From positions 2,624,001 through 2,688,000 of the forward strand of contig OY762654.1 of the NCBI GenBank assembly GCA_963666205.1: a stretch of 64,000 nucleotides of DNA, given 5' to 3'. The translations under genes were made by a program, and so were the position numbers. The notes beneath the pieces are model-generated. The model saw nothing but the letters and a program-made list of their open reading frames with translations. It searched no databases and had not been told where the DNA came from. Shown here piece by piece: positions 28,485-38,658 of the stretch (position 1 is its first letter; the number at the start of each line of letters is the position of its first letter). The stretch is from Synergistales bacterium. Lineage in GTDB: Bacteria; Synergistota; Synergistia; Synergistales; JAFGMB01.

Positions 28485-29408
28485 ATGAGATCAGTAATTA
28501 AAAGGATCTGGTACTGGTTTTTTGTCTCAGGAATGATATTTATGACTGTTGTCTTCTATATTATCTGGTACAGGTACTATGCTTCGATCCATCCTGAGAT
28601 AATTAAAGCTGAACCCTTCTCTTATGCAGAAGAGATCCCAATAGAGGGATGGCTGTTATGGGATGAAGAAATGGTCAATTCCTCTTCGGAAGGTACTATC
28701 AGTTACATGTACCCCGGGCAGATAGTGAGAATTTCAAGTGGGGCGATTCTGGGCCAGATCAGAAGGGGATCTTCCATTACAGAAAAGATAAGGGCAGTAA
28801 AAGAAGGCTACTTTATTCCTGCAACTGATGGACGGGAGGGAACCTGGACTTATTCCTATCTCTGGAACAGCCGTGGAAACATTTCTGATCCTGAAACTAT
28901 CTGGTACCAGAATGAAAGTCATGTGCGAAAAGGCCAGACAGTGGGAAAACTTGTGTATCAGCCTCAGAGACTGAAATGTGTGGCTTTTGCTGATCTGACG
29001 CCCGAGCTTGAGAGAGATCTGAAGGGCGGAAATGTAAGAATAAAACAGGAACCTCTGGATCTTCCACAGGAAGTCACTGTGAGGGTCTTTAAATTTCTGG
29101 GAAGTCATAAAGTCCAGATCTACATGGATCTGCCATTTTTCCCTATGGGCAGCATCGGTTCAAGACGGGTATCCTATACCCTGTATACTGGTGAAAAAGC
29201 TGGAGTTACCATTCCGGAATCCTGCCTTGTGATGCGAAAGGGGATCAAAGGTGTTTTTCAGGTAAAGGGTAATTTTTCTGAATTTACCAGGGTGGAAGGA
29301 GCTCCCTTGAAAGATAGAAATTTCTTTGTCAGCAGGGGCCTGAAACCCGGGAATCTGATCATCTTGAATGGAAGCAAAGCCAGGGAGGGGAGGCTTAAGC
29401 TGTGGTAG
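28485..29408 (+). CDS. Membrane-anchored HlyD/periplasmic adaptor-like protein
   Basis: N-terminal TM, lipoyl-like halves, C-terminal IPESCL..GVF..GLKPGNLII; upstream of yggS. Confidence 0.55.
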   Translation: MRSVIKRIWYWFFVSGMIFMTVVFYIIWYRYYASIHPEIIKAEPFSYAEEIPIEGWLLWDEEMVNSSSEGTISYMYPGQIVRISSGAILGQIRRGSSITEKIRAVKEGYFIPATDGREGTWTYSYLWNSRGNISDPETIWYQNESHVRKGQTVGKLVYQPQRLKCVAFADLTPELERDLKGGNVRIKQEPLDLPQEVTVRVFKFLGSHKVQIYMDLPFFPMGSIGSRRVSYTLYTGEKAGVTIPESCLVMRKGIKGVFQVKGNFSEFTRVEGAPLKDRNFFVSRGLKPGNLIILNGSKAREGRLKLW

Positions 29409-30112
29409 GTATCTTGAAAGACCGAATTCTCAGGATAAAGGACCGGATATCGGAATCTGCACGTAAAAGCGGTAGAGATCCCTCTGATGTTATCCTTGTT
29501 GCAGTTACCAAGACGCGCACTCTTGATGAAATTCTGGAAGCGGCTAACACCGGTGAAATTTCCGTTTTTGGAGAGAACCGCGTACAGGAAGGAGAAGGAA
29601 AGATCCTTTCATGGCCCTGCGAGCTGGATGTTAGATGGCATCTGATAGGACATCTCCAAAGAAATAAGGCTAGAAAAGCCATGGATCTTTTCAAGTGCAT
29701 TCAGAGCGTGGATTCAATCAGATTGGCGGAGTTAATTAACCGGGTAAGTGCGGAAAGAGGAATCCCTATGGATGTTTTTCTGGAAATCAACACATCTGGT
29801 GAAGCTAGTAAATTCGGTATTTTACCTATGGAAGCAGAATCTGTCTGTCTTGAGATCTTTGAGAAATATCCTTTCTTGAAGATCAATGGGCTTATGACCA
29901 TAGGACCTTTATCTAATGATGAGAAATTAGTCCGTTCATCTTTCTCTCTGCTCAGGGAATTGAAGGAAAAAATGGAGACATCATCAGGAAGAAGGATATC
30001 GGATCTTTCCATGGGAATGAGCGGAGATTACGAATGGGCCATTGAGGAGGGGAGTACCATGGTAAGGATCGGTTCTGCTCTTTTCGGACCCAGAGTTTAT
30101 GATAGGGATTAG
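29402..30112 (+). CDS. yggS: PLP homeostasis protein YggS
   Basis: LVAVTK, FGENRVQE, WHLIGHLQRNK, LSMGMSGDY..AIEEGSTMVRIGSALFG. Confidence 0.96.
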   Translation: MVGILKDRILRIKDRISESARKSGRDPSDVILVAVTKTRTLDEILEAANTGEISVFGENRVQEGEGKILSWPCELDVRWHLIGHLQRNKARKAMDLFKCIQSVDSIRLAELINRVSAERGIPMDVFLEINTSGEASKFGILPMEAESVCLEIFEKYPFLKINGLMTIGPLSNDEKLVRSSFSLLRELKEKMETSSGRRISDLSMGMSGDYEWAIEEGSTMVRIGSALFGPRVYDRD

Positions 30113-30122
30113 GAGGGATAAC

Positions 30123-30560
30123 ATGATAAGGAGCCTCCTGGAACTCCTTGGACTTGTTGAAGAAACTGAGAATGACGACATTTTTGAAGACCTTATGGAT
30201 GATGAACACGAGGAAAGGAAACAGCGGGTATTAAGCCCTGCACCGCCCCTGGTATCTGTAGTAATATGCAGGGGAGATAATTGCCTTGAGAACAGGGAAG
30301 ATCTGGCAGAAGTGCTCCGACAGGGGAAGATAATCATTGCTGACCTCAGGGAAATAGAGAGAGAACCAGGCCAGACTTTTCTTGATTTCATATGTGGCGT
30401 GGCTTACGCTGCACATGGTTCCGTAGCAAGGCTTGCTCCAGGTATTTTTATCGTCTCCCCGCGAAAGTCCATGATTGAGGAATGGGAATACTCTGTGGAT
30501 AAAGAATGCTACCATGAAGAGGAGGTTGATGATCTTGAAGGAGCTTCTTACCGCTCTTGA
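30123..30560 (+). CDS. sepF: Cell division protein SepF
   Basis: N-terminal amphipathic segment, LRQGKIIIADL, FLDFICGVAYA..G, IFIVSP. Confidence 0.88.
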   Translation: MIRSLLELLGLVEETENDDIFEDLMDDEHEERKQRVLSPAPPLVSVVICRGDNCLENREDLAEVLRQGKIIIADLREIEREPGQTFLDFICGVAYAAHGSVARLAPGIFIVSPRKSMIEEWEYSVDKECYHEEEVDDLEGASYRS

Positions 30561-31014
30561 GATTGAGAATAAATCCTTTGCAAAGGTCCTTAGAGGATAT
30601 GATCCGTTAGAAGTTGATGAATTTCTCGATTCAGTAGCAGAGAGTCTTCATGACTATGCAGGAAGATGCAAAAGACTTGAGCAGGAGATACAGCTTCTAG
30701 ATGACCAGCTCAAGGAATATGCTAATCTGAAAAATTCTCTTCAGGAGGCTCTGTTGATGGCCCAGAGAAGTGCAGATGAAAAAGTCAGCGCATCCAAGCA
30801 GCAGGGTGAGGCTATTATCGCCGAAGCAAGAGCCAAATCCGAGAATATACTGTTTGATGCATCCAGGGAAAAAGATCACTGCATGAGAGAAGTTAACCAG
30901 CTGAGAAAACTCAAACGGGAGCTCACTTCAGAGATCAGGACACTCCTGTCCCGATTCAGCTCTCTGGTTGAGCCTGTTCAGGAAGATGAGCATCCCGACC
31001 AGGAGGATTCCTGA
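30529..31014 (+). CDS. divIVA: DivIVA family protein
   Basis: LTALEIENKSFAKVLRGYDPLEVDEFLD plus coiled coil. Confidence 0.93.
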   Translation: MILKELLTALEIENKSFAKVLRGYDPLEVDEFLDSVAESLHDYAGRCKRLEQEIQLLDDQLKEYANLKNSLQEALLMAQRSADEKVSASKQQGEAIIAEARAKSENILFDASREKDHCMREVNQLRKLKRELTSEIRTLLSRFSSLVEPVQEDEHPDQEDS

Positions 31015-33093
31015 TTGCATTCACTTCCTGAGTTTAATCTTCCTGTTAAATATCTTAAGGGAGTTGGACCGGCCCGTTCCGAACATCTGAAAAAACTTGA
31101 TATAGAAACCATAGGTGACATTCTTTATACTTTTCCACGAAGATATGAGGATAGGCGTACCCTTACTCCATTGCGGGATCTTGTGGAAGGAGTAACTTCA
31201 TCGGTAATAGCCAGGATAGTTTCCATATCCAGTCGTAAGACCAGACGAAAAGACCTCAGCATTACAGAGGCAGTAATAACTGATGGCGAAAGTATTGCCT
31301 CGGTGATATGGTTTAACCGGAAAGGACTTGAAAGGATATTCCTTACGGGACAGGATGTTGCCTTTTACGGTAAAATTGAGAAGAAATATGGGAAAGCACA
31401 GTTAACAAATCCTGATTTCGAAATAATCGAGAACGATGATCAGATCTCTGAATTCAACAGGATAGTTCCTGTCTATCCAACTACTTACGGTATTTATCAG
31501 AAATGGCTGAGAAAATTTATAAGTGTAAACATTAAGCTTTTTCTTGATAAAGTAGTGGAATTTCTGCCTCCCGAGGTTGTTTCCATAAATAACCTGATGC
31601 CTCTTAGAGATGCTATTCTGCAGATGCATTATCCTTCAGATAGAGACACCTGGAAAAAAGCGAGAAAAAGGCTTGTATTTGACGAATTCTTTGTTCTTCA
31701 GGCGGGCCTTGCTATGAGGAGAAGTGCAGGTGAAAAGACTGAAGATAAAGCACCTGTTTTTTCCAGTAGCAATATCTCTTTCATTGAAGCAGCGCGGGAA
31801 ATGTTTTCATTTCCCCTCACTGCTGCTCAGAAAAGGGTATTAGTTGAAATATCGGAAGATATGGGACAGGATATACCGATGAACAGGCTTCTTCAGGGAG
31901 ATGTCGGATCAGGAAAGACCGTAATAGCAGTATTATCCATGCTTCTGGCTGTGAAAAATGGCTATCAGTCGGCCTTTATGGCTCCTACGGAAATACTGGC
32001 TCAACAGCATTTACAAAAGCTCTCAAGGTATTTTGAGAGTCATAATATTACTCTAACGTTTCTTACCGGTTCAATGAATGGACAGGAACGGAAAAATAGT
32101 CTTCAGAAAATTGAGGATGGACGGGCTGACATTGTCGTCGGAACTCACGCGCTTTTTCAGGAAAAAGTCAGATATGCCAGATTAGGCCTGGTTGTAATAG
32201 ATGAGCAGCACCGGTTCGGAGTCCTCCAGAGAGGTGCTCTCAGAAAGAAGGGACAGAATCCCCATGTCCTTGTCATGACGGCTACACCTATCCCCAGAAC
32301 TCTTACCCTTTCTGTTTATGGCGATCTTTCGGTATCAGTAATGGATGAGATGCCTCCTGGGAGGAAAAATATTACTACTAGGTGGGTCAGACCTTCCCGT
32401 ATAGAAGGACTCAAGGGTTTTCTGCAAGATCAGGTCAAAAGGGGCAGGCAGGTCTACTGGGTCTGTCCTTTGATCGAAGAGAGTGAAAATATCCAGGCGG
32501 TTTCACTCTCTGAAAGATACGAAAAACTCAAGGTTTCCCTTGGAGATATGAGAGTGGCCTTCCTCCATGGGCAGGTTGCACCTGACGAGAAAGACCTTAC
32601 CATGTCCGATTTCGAAAAGGGCAGGATAGATCTGCTGGTTTCAACCACAGTCATCGAGGTTGGAGTAGATGTTCCAAACGCCACGGTTATGGTGATAGAG
32701 GATGCAAATCGCTTTGGTCTGTCCCAGCTACATCAGTTGAGGGGCAGGGTCGGTAGAGGTTCTTCTAAGAGCTACTGTTTCCTGCTGGCAGAACCCTCAT
32801 CCATTGAATCGAAACAAAGGATCAGGACTATGTGCAGCACCCAGAATGGATTTAAGATCGCAGATGCAGATCTTCGATTACGCGGGCCAGGAGAGGTGTG
32901 CGGGATAAAACAGCATGGTGTTACGGATTTTAGAGTAGCTGATCTTGTAAGAGACAGAGAAATGCTTCTACTGGCGAGGGAACAGGCCTTCAGAATTGTG
33001 GATAATGATAACCAGCTTGCAGGTTTACCTCTTCTAAGGGAAGAAGTTCTGAGAAGGGTGGGAAAGGTGCTTGATCTGGTGAAGACAGGATGA
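31015..33093 (+). CDS. recG: ATP-dependent DNA helicase RecG
   Basis: LKGVGP, RLLQGDVGSGKT, DEQHRFGV, MTATPIPRTL, QLRGRVGRG, DLRLRGPGE. Confidence 0.98.
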   Translation: MHSLPEFNLPVKYLKGVGPARSEHLKKLDIETIGDILYTFPRRYEDRRTLTPLRDLVEGVTSSVIARIVSISSRKTRRKDLSITEAVITDGESIASVIWFNRKGLERIFLTGQDVAFYGKIEKKYGKAQLTNPDFEIIENDDQISEFNRIVPVYPTTYGIYQKWLRKFISVNIKLFLDKVVEFLPPEVVSINNLMPLRDAILQMHYPSDRDTWKKARKRLVFDEFFVLQAGLAMRRSAGEKTEDKAPVFSSSNISFIEAAREMFSFPLTAAQKRVLVEISEDMGQDIPMNRLLQGDVGSGKTVIAVLSMLLAVKNGYQSAFMAPTEILAQQHLQKLSRYFESHNITLTFLTGSMNGQERKNSLQKIEDGRADIVVGTHALFQEKVRYARLGLVVIDEQHRFGVLQRGALRKKGQNPHVLVMTATPIPRTLTLSVYGDLSVSVMDEMPPGRKNITTRWVRPSRIEGLKGFLQDQVKRGRQVYWVCPLIEESENIQAVSLSERYEKLKVSLGDMRVAFLHGQVAPDEKDLTMSDFEKGRIDLLVSTTVIEVGVDVPNATVMVIEDANRFGLSQLHQLRGRVGRGSSKSYCFLLAEPSSIESKQRIRTMCSTQNGFKIADADLRLRGPGEVCGIKQHGVTDFRVADLVRDREMLLLAREQAFRIVDNDNQLAGLPLLREEVLRRVGKVLDLVKTG

Positions 33094-33524
33094 AAAATAA
33101 TCCCTTTGAACAGTATTTTCTAAGAATCATATCAAGAAGACCCTATACCAGAAAACAGCTTAGGGATAAACTCATAAGAAAAGGAGCCAGACCGGAGGAG
33201 ACTGAGGAAATTCTTGATGAGTATGCAAGATATGGTTATGTTGACGATCTGATATATGCTAAACTGTACATAGATTCCCATGATGGTTGGGGTATTATCC
33301 GTATCAGGGCTGAACTCCGGGCCAGGGGTGTAAGTTCGGCAGTCATAGATAAGGCATTGGAAGAGGAAGAACCTGATGAACTTTTACGGGCTGAGGAATT
33401 GGTCCGGTCATGGAGTGATTCTGATATAGGTGTCGAGAAGATACTTTCCAGACTTCTTCGGAGAGGGTTTTCTATGGGTGTTTGCAGAGAAGCTCTGGAC
33501 AGGGCTTGTGGACATTGGTTTTGA
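33090..33524 (+). CDS. recX: Regulatory protein RecX
   Basis: QLRDKL, YGYVDDLIYA, GIIRIRAELRARGV, LLRRGF. Confidence 0.85.
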   Translation: MKNNPFEQYFLRIISRRPYTRKQLRDKLIRKGARPEETEEILDEYARYGYVDDLIYAKLYIDSHDGWGIIRIRAELRARGVSSAVIDKALEEEEPDELLRAEELVRSWSDSDIGVEKILSRLLRRGFSMGVCREALDRACGHWF

Positions 33525-33621
33525 AATGTAAAATATGGATTGAAATTTCTGTGTAGTCAAAGGCAATTTTATCAAGGCATAGACTGCACCTTGAAAACTA
33601 AATAAGGGGTGATATTTACAA

Positions 33622-35160
33622 ATGCATTTAACATTAATCCTGGTAATAATAGCAGGGGTTTCTGTGGGTGTTATCGCAGGTTTCCTGCTTTCCAAAAAGA
33701 TAGGTGCCAAACATCTTGAAGGAGCCAAGAGTCAGGCTGAGCGTTTGCTCCGGGAAGCTTTCCAGGAGGCAGATCAGCAGAAAAGGGAAAAACTTACTGA
33801 AGCAAGGGAAGAGATATACAAACTGAGGCAGGAAGCGGAAAAAGAGATCAAGGACCGCAGGGGAGAGCTTCAGAGAGCAGAACGTAGACTTGAACAGAAG
33901 GAAGAAAACTTCGACCGGAAACTGGATAAACTGGCCCACCGGGAAGAAGAGGTCAAGAACAGACAGACAGAGCTGGAAAATCAACTTAAGGAAGTTGAAG
34001 CTATCAGACAGGAGCAGGTCACCAGACTCGAAGAAGTAGCTCAACTATCAAGAGATGAGGCCAGGGAGATTCTTCTGAAAGAGATAGAAGAGGATGCCCA
34101 GCATATAATCGGCTTGAGGCTCAAGGATATAGAGGAAAGAGCAAAAAGAGAAGCCGAGAGAAAGTCCCGGGAGATAATAGTCACAGCAGTACAGCGTTGT
34201 GCAGTAGACCATACATCTGATGTTGCAGTAAGTACTGTTGCGCTCCCCTCAGATGAGATGAAGGGACGAATAATCGGCAGAGAAGGCCGGAACATAAGAG
34301 CCTTTGAAACCCTTACAGGCGTAGACCTTATAGTTGATGATACCCCTGAGGCTGTCACTTTGAGCAGTTTTGATCCTGTAAGAAGAGAAATAGCGCGACT
34401 TTCCCTTGAAAAACTTATTGTTGACGGAAGAATACATCCCGCCCGTATTGAGGAACTTGTCGAGAAGGCTGGTAGGGACGTAGAAGAGCAGATAATGGAA
34501 GCAGGTGAGGAAGCTCTTCTTGAAACAAATGTAAAAAACATGAACAATGATCTTGTTAGAACCCTCGGATCTCTGAAATACAGATACAGTTACGGACAGA
34601 ATGCATTGAAACATAGCCTGGAAGTTTCCCACCTTTCCGGTATTATGGCTGCCGAACTTAACCTGGATGAGGAGCTGGCCAGAAGAGCAGGTCTTCTCCA
34701 TGATATCGGCAAAGCCGTGGATCACAAGATAGAAGGTCCCCATGCCCTTATCGGTGCAGATCTGGCGAAGAGATTCAATGAATCACCGGTTGTCATTAAT
34801 GCTATAGCTTCCCATCATGAGGACCTTGAACAGCAGAGTATATATGATGTTATCGTTGCCGCTGCAGATGCCATAAGTGCTTCAAGGCCCGGGGCCAGGA
34901 GAGAAAGCCTCGATGCATACGTAAGGCGGTTGGAAAAACTGGAAGAACTGGCAAAATCCTTTGGAGGAGTAAGTAAGGCTTATGCCATACAGGCTGGAAG
35001 AGAAGTCAGGGTTGTAGTTGCTTCCAGTATAACCGAAGAGGGTATTATCCATAAACTGGCCTGGGATATAGCCCGTAAGATAGAAGAGGAAATGAAATAT
35101 CCGGGACAGATCAAGGTCACCGTTACCAAGGAGATCCGAAGCGTTGAATATGCCAAGTAG
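33622..35160 (+). CDS. rny: Ribonuclease Y
   Basis: N-terminal TM, coiled coil, [35 protein letters not shown]. Confidence 0.98.
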   Translation: MHLTLILVIIAGVSVGVIAGFLLSKKIGAKHLEGAKSQAERLLREAFQEADQQKREKLTEAREEIYKLRQEAEKEIKDRRGELQRAERRLEQKEENFDRKLDKLAHREEEVKNRQTELENQLKEVEAIRQEQVTRLEEVAQLSRDEAREILLKEIEEDAQHIIGLRLKDIEERAKREAERKSREIIVTAVQRCAVDHTSDVAVSTVALPSDEMKGRIIGREGRNIRAFETLTGVDLIVDDTPEAVTLSSFDPVRREIARLSLEKLIVDGRIHPARIEELVEKAGRDVEEQIMEAGEEALLETNVKNMNNDLVRTLGSLKYRYSYGQNALKHSLEVSHLSGIMAAELNLDEELARRAGLLHDIGKAVDHKIEGPHALIGADLAKRFNESPVVINAIASHHEDLEQQSIYDVIVAAADAISASRPGARRESLDAYVRRLEKLEELAKSFGGVSKAYAIQAGREVRVVVASSITEEGIIHKLAWDIARKIEEEMKYPGQIKVTVTKEIRSVEYAK

Positions 35161-35172
35161 GAGTAATATTTT

Positions 35173-35946
35173 ATGAAGGTTCTTTTTATCGGAGATATCA
35201 TTGGAGGGCCTGGCAGAAAGATAACTGCCAGGCTCCTTCCTGTCCTGAAGCAGGAATATGGAGGATTCGATTTTATCATAGCCAACTGCGAGAACGCTGC
35301 AGGAGGCAAAGGCCTTACTGAAAAGGTGATGAATGAGCTTTTTTCACTCGGTATAGATCTCATGACCTCTGGCAACCATATATGGGACAAAAAGGATTTT
35401 ATACATTTGGTTGACGAAGAGCCCAATCTCCTTAGACCGGCGAATTATCCACCTTCCTGTCCAGGGAGCGGCTTCAGGGTGATTGAAAAAAAAGGCAAGA
35501 CCCTTGGGGTTCTCAATCTGCAGGGGCGGGTTTTTATGCCTCCACTGGATTGTCCTTTTAGAAGAGCGGATGAGATCCTTGATGAAGTGAAGGATCTCCC
35601 TGTGCTGGTGGATTTTCATGCAGAAGCCACTTCGGAAAAGAGGGTCCTTGGATTTTATCTGGATGGGAGGGTTTCAGCTTTCGTGGGAACCCATACACAT
35701 GTCCAGACTGCAGACGAGGAGATCCTTCCCGAAGGGACCGCATACATCACTGATGTCGGAATGACCGGACCCCATCGTAGTGCTATTGGAATGTCTCTGG
35801 ATTCGGTGATTCCCCGTTTCCTTACTGGAATGCCCACCCGCTTTGAGGTTGCTGAAGATGATCTCAGGCTTTGCGCGGTGTTAATAGAGATTGATGAAGA
35901 AAGTTGTAAGGCTCTTAGTATAAAGAGGATTTCAGTTTCCAGATAG
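35173..35946 (+). CDS. ymdB: YmdB-family metallophosphoesterase
   Basis: FIGDIIG, NCENAAGG, TSGNHIWD, DFHAEATSEK, GTHTHVQTAD. Confidence 0.95.
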   Translation: MKVLFIGDIIGGPGRKITARLLPVLKQEYGGFDFIIANCENAAGGKGLTEKVMNELFSLGIDLMTSGNHIWDKKDFIHLVDEEPNLLRPANYPPSCPGSGFRVIEKKGKTLGVLNLQGRVFMPPLDCPFRRADEILDEVKDLPVLVDFHAEATSEKRVLGFYLDGRVSAFVGTHTHVQTADEEILPEGTAYITDVGMTGPHRSAIGMSLDSVIPRFLTGMPTRFEVAEDDLRLCAVLIEIDEESCKALSIKRISVSR

Positions 35947-35949
35947 CCT

Positions 35950-35978
35950 GAAGCCGCCCCAGGGGGCGGCTTCTTTTT
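35950..35978 (+). terminator. Intrinsic terminator after ymdB (convergent with hypE)
   Basis: GAAGCCGCCCC-AG-GGGGCGGCTTC then TTTTT. Confidence 0.8.
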
Positions 35979-35996
35979 ATTCTGGCTGGGGTTTCA

Positions 35997-36986
35997 TCAA
36001 CAAATCCTGGGCAACATTTCTCCAACGGGCATATCAACCACTCTCATTCCACCTATTGATGTCCGTAGCCCTACCAAACCTCTATGAGAATCAACGACCC
36101 TTCCAATAATTGCAGCTTCTTTACATATTTCATGTTTTCGCAGTCTCTGAAGGGCTTCTTCTTCCTGGTCAGGTGATATTGCGATGGCGGCGCATCCCTC
36201 GCAGGCCAGATAGAGAGGATCAAATCCAAGAATATCACAAACAGAAGCCACTTCCTCCTGGATGGGGATCTTCTCTTCTTCCATTTCTATGCCAATGTTT
36301 CTGCCTTCTGCCCATTCGCACATTACTGTACCCAGGCCTCCACGGGTACAGTCCCTCATGGATCTGAGGCCTTCAAGGTCAAGAATATCCTTCAATGCTG
36401 GCCATAAGGCTGCGCAGTCACTTTTAAGTCCTTCTGCTTCAAGTTCAAAACGGGATGCTCCAATTGCCGCACCGTGTCTTCCAATTGAAGTGCTTACCAG
36501 AATGCCGTCCCCCGGTTGAAGATTTTTCATCCCAAGTGGAAGAATCAATTCAGACCTTCCGATGGCACAGGTGGTTAAGAAAAGTCCATCTACGGCTCCC
36601 ATTGGAACGACCTTAGTGTCGCCCGAAGCGAGTTTGATCCCAAGGTCTGAACATATGGCAGCTGCGCTTTTCATATATATTTTCAGTTCTTCAAGTTCGA
36701 AGCCTTCTTCGACAACGATACTCAGTGAGATAAATTCAGGTCTGACTCCTCTTACCGCAAGATCATTGGCACTTCCGCAGATTGCAAGCTCTCCAATATC
36801 CCCTCCCGGAAAAGTTCTGGGGGTAACAGTAAAACCATCTATGGTTACAGCGTACCCGTTTCCGATAAACGCACAATCTTCAAGTTCTGACAGTTTTGCC
36901 TTGTCAGGAAATATACTTGTGATATCTGTAATCAACTCCTGTGTAAGTCTCCCGCCGCTTCCATGTCCAATGGTCAATTTTCCCAT
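35997..36986 (-). CDS. hypE: Hydrogenase maturation protein HypE
   Basis: GHGSGG, FPGGDIG, GDTKVV, RDCTRGG, ACEG, C-terminal PRIC. Confidence 0.96.
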   Translation of the reverse strand: MGKLTIGHGSGGRLTQELITDITSIFPDKAKLSELEDCAFIGNGYAVTIDGFTVTPRTFPGGDIGELAICGSANDLAVRGVRPEFISLSIVVEEGFELEELKIYMKSAAAICSDLGIKLASGDTKVVPMGAVDGLFLTTCAIGRSELILPLGMKNLQPGDGILVSTSIGRHGAAIGASRFELEAEGLKSDCAALWPALKDILDLEGLRSMRDCTRGGLGTVMCEWAEGRNIGIEMEEEKIPIQEEVASVCDILGFDPLYLACEGCAAIAISPDQEEEALQRLRKHEICKEAAIIGRVVDSHRGLVGLRTSIGGMRVVDMPVGEMLPRIC

Positions 36987-38077
36987 GCTATAGTACCCCC
37001 TCTTCTGAACTTGTAATATGCGGAACAGGTTCCTTCTCCGGATACCATACAGGGTCCTACAGGTGTTACGGGAGTGCAACTTTCAGCAAAAAGGGGACAT
37101 TCCGGGGGAGTTATTCTTCCGGAAAGAACTTCCCCGCAAAGACATCCTTGAGGTGGCTGGACTTTCTCTATCTTGAAATTAAACTTTTTCAGGGCATCGA
37201 AATCCTGGAAGGGCTTCCTTAGACGCAGACCGGAATTCGGGATCTCTCCAATTCCCCTCCAGGATGCATTATCGTACTCAAAAACCGTTTCCAGAAGTTT
37301 CTGGGCTACTAAATTACCTGATGGGCGAACTGCCCTCTGGTACGTCGATTCCAGACGCGGGTTTCTTCTGGAAACCTGTGAGGCAAGATCCACCAGTCCA
37401 AGGAGGATATCTTCAGCGTCAAAACCGGCAATGGTGCAGGCGATGCCATATTGATCAGCAAGGAAACTGTAAGGTTCGTATCCAAGTATCACACTGACAT
37501 GTCCAGGCAGCAGAAAAGCGTCTATTTTCAGTTCTTCATCCATGGCCAGCTGTTCAAGAACAGGAGGTGTTCTCTTGTGGAAGCATGCAATAGATAAATT
37601 GGTGATCCCTTTCCCCTTTGCATCCATAAGCATGGAGGCTGTAGCAGGGGATGTTGTTTCAAAGCCGATGGCCAGAAATACTATCTCTTTAGAAGGATTT
37701 TCTCTGGCCATATCAAGACAGCTTATCGCTGTTGTAACTACTCTTATATCCGAGCCTTCCCCTTTCTTTTTCCCAAGGGAACTGTAGGTGCCTGGAACCC
37801 GCATCATATCGCCATAGGTAGCTATTATGACATCGGGTTCTTCTGAAAGGCTTATAATTGCATCCAGATCACCCTGGTCGGTTACACAGACAGGACATCC
37901 AGGTCCGGAAAGCAGTCGGATGTTTTCCGGGATCAGGGACCGGATACCATTGCGGAAAACGGAAACGGTGTGAGTTCCGCAAACCTCCATGACGGTCATT
38001 GGCCTTACGGCCAGTCTGTTAAGGGCCTTAAGGAGCAGATCCACCCTTTTTGATCTATCTTGCTCAGACAATGTCAT
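36974..38077 (-). CDS. hypD: Hydrogenase maturation protein HypD
   Basis: MEVCGTH, GPGCPVC, GFETT, PGHVS, GPCMVSGEGTC. Confidence 0.97.
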   Translation of the reverse strand: MTLSEQDRSKRVDLLLKALNRLAVRPMTVMEVCGTHTVSVFRNGIRSLIPENIRLLSGPGCPVCVTDQGDLDAIISLSEEPDVIIATYGDMMRVPGTYSSLGKKKGEGSDIRVVTTAISCLDMARENPSKEIVFLAIGFETTSPATASMLMDAKGKGITNLSIACFHKRTPPVLEQLAMDEELKIDAFLLPGHVSVILGYEPYSFLADQYGIACTIAGFDAEDILLGLVDLASQVSRRNPRLESTYQRAVRPSGNLVAQKLLETVFEYDNASWRGIGEIPNSGLRLRKPFQDFDALKKFNFKIEKVQPPQGCLCGEVLSGRITPPECPLFAESCTPVTPVGPCMVSGEGTCSAYYKFRRGGTIAWEN

Positions 38078-38303
38078 TCTCTCCTGCAAGTTCACGGATC
38101 TCGTCCCAAAGAGAATTCAGTTCCTCAGATTCTTCCGGTTCCAGTTTTTCTATTACAAAACCGGCATGAACAAGGACAGGGTCTCCCACTTTGAGTTCTT
38201 CCATAAGATCTGTCCTGACTTCGGTCCTGATTTTTCCTGCAGAAGCATAGGCTCTTTTCGCATCAATTATTTCAATAATCTTGTGTGGTATGGCTAGACA
38301 CAT
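38064..38303 (-). CDS. hypC: Hydrogenase chaperone HypC
   Basis: MCLAIP, VGDPVLVHAGF. Confidence 0.96.
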   Translation of the reverse strand: MCLAIPHKIIEIIDAKRAYASAGKIRTEVRTDLMEELKVGDPVLVHAGFVIEKLEPEESEELNSLWDEIRELAGENDIV

Positions 38304-38658
38304 GAAAATTCCACCTTTCGGGGGATATTCTAACTCATATCATTAATAAAACAAACAAGGTCAGGATGTCTTGGAATTTTCTGAATAAAACTTCTTGTTG
38401 AAAAAATCCCCTTTTTCAATTATTTTATAAAAGAATACATGGAGATGTTGTATAATATTTTCTGAATATCCTTAATGGATGTTTAAGTCTTTTCAGTTGT
38501 TTTTTAGAGTGACCGTTTTTCGGGTCTTTAAGAGTTCATTGTTCAGTAATACAATTAAATCAGAAGGAGGTGCAAATAAGCAGGGGGGATTTGTCGTTTT
38601 TTTTGTTGTATGGTTGTAGAGTTTCATCATTTAGGCCAAAAGGAGGGGTTTTGGGAAA

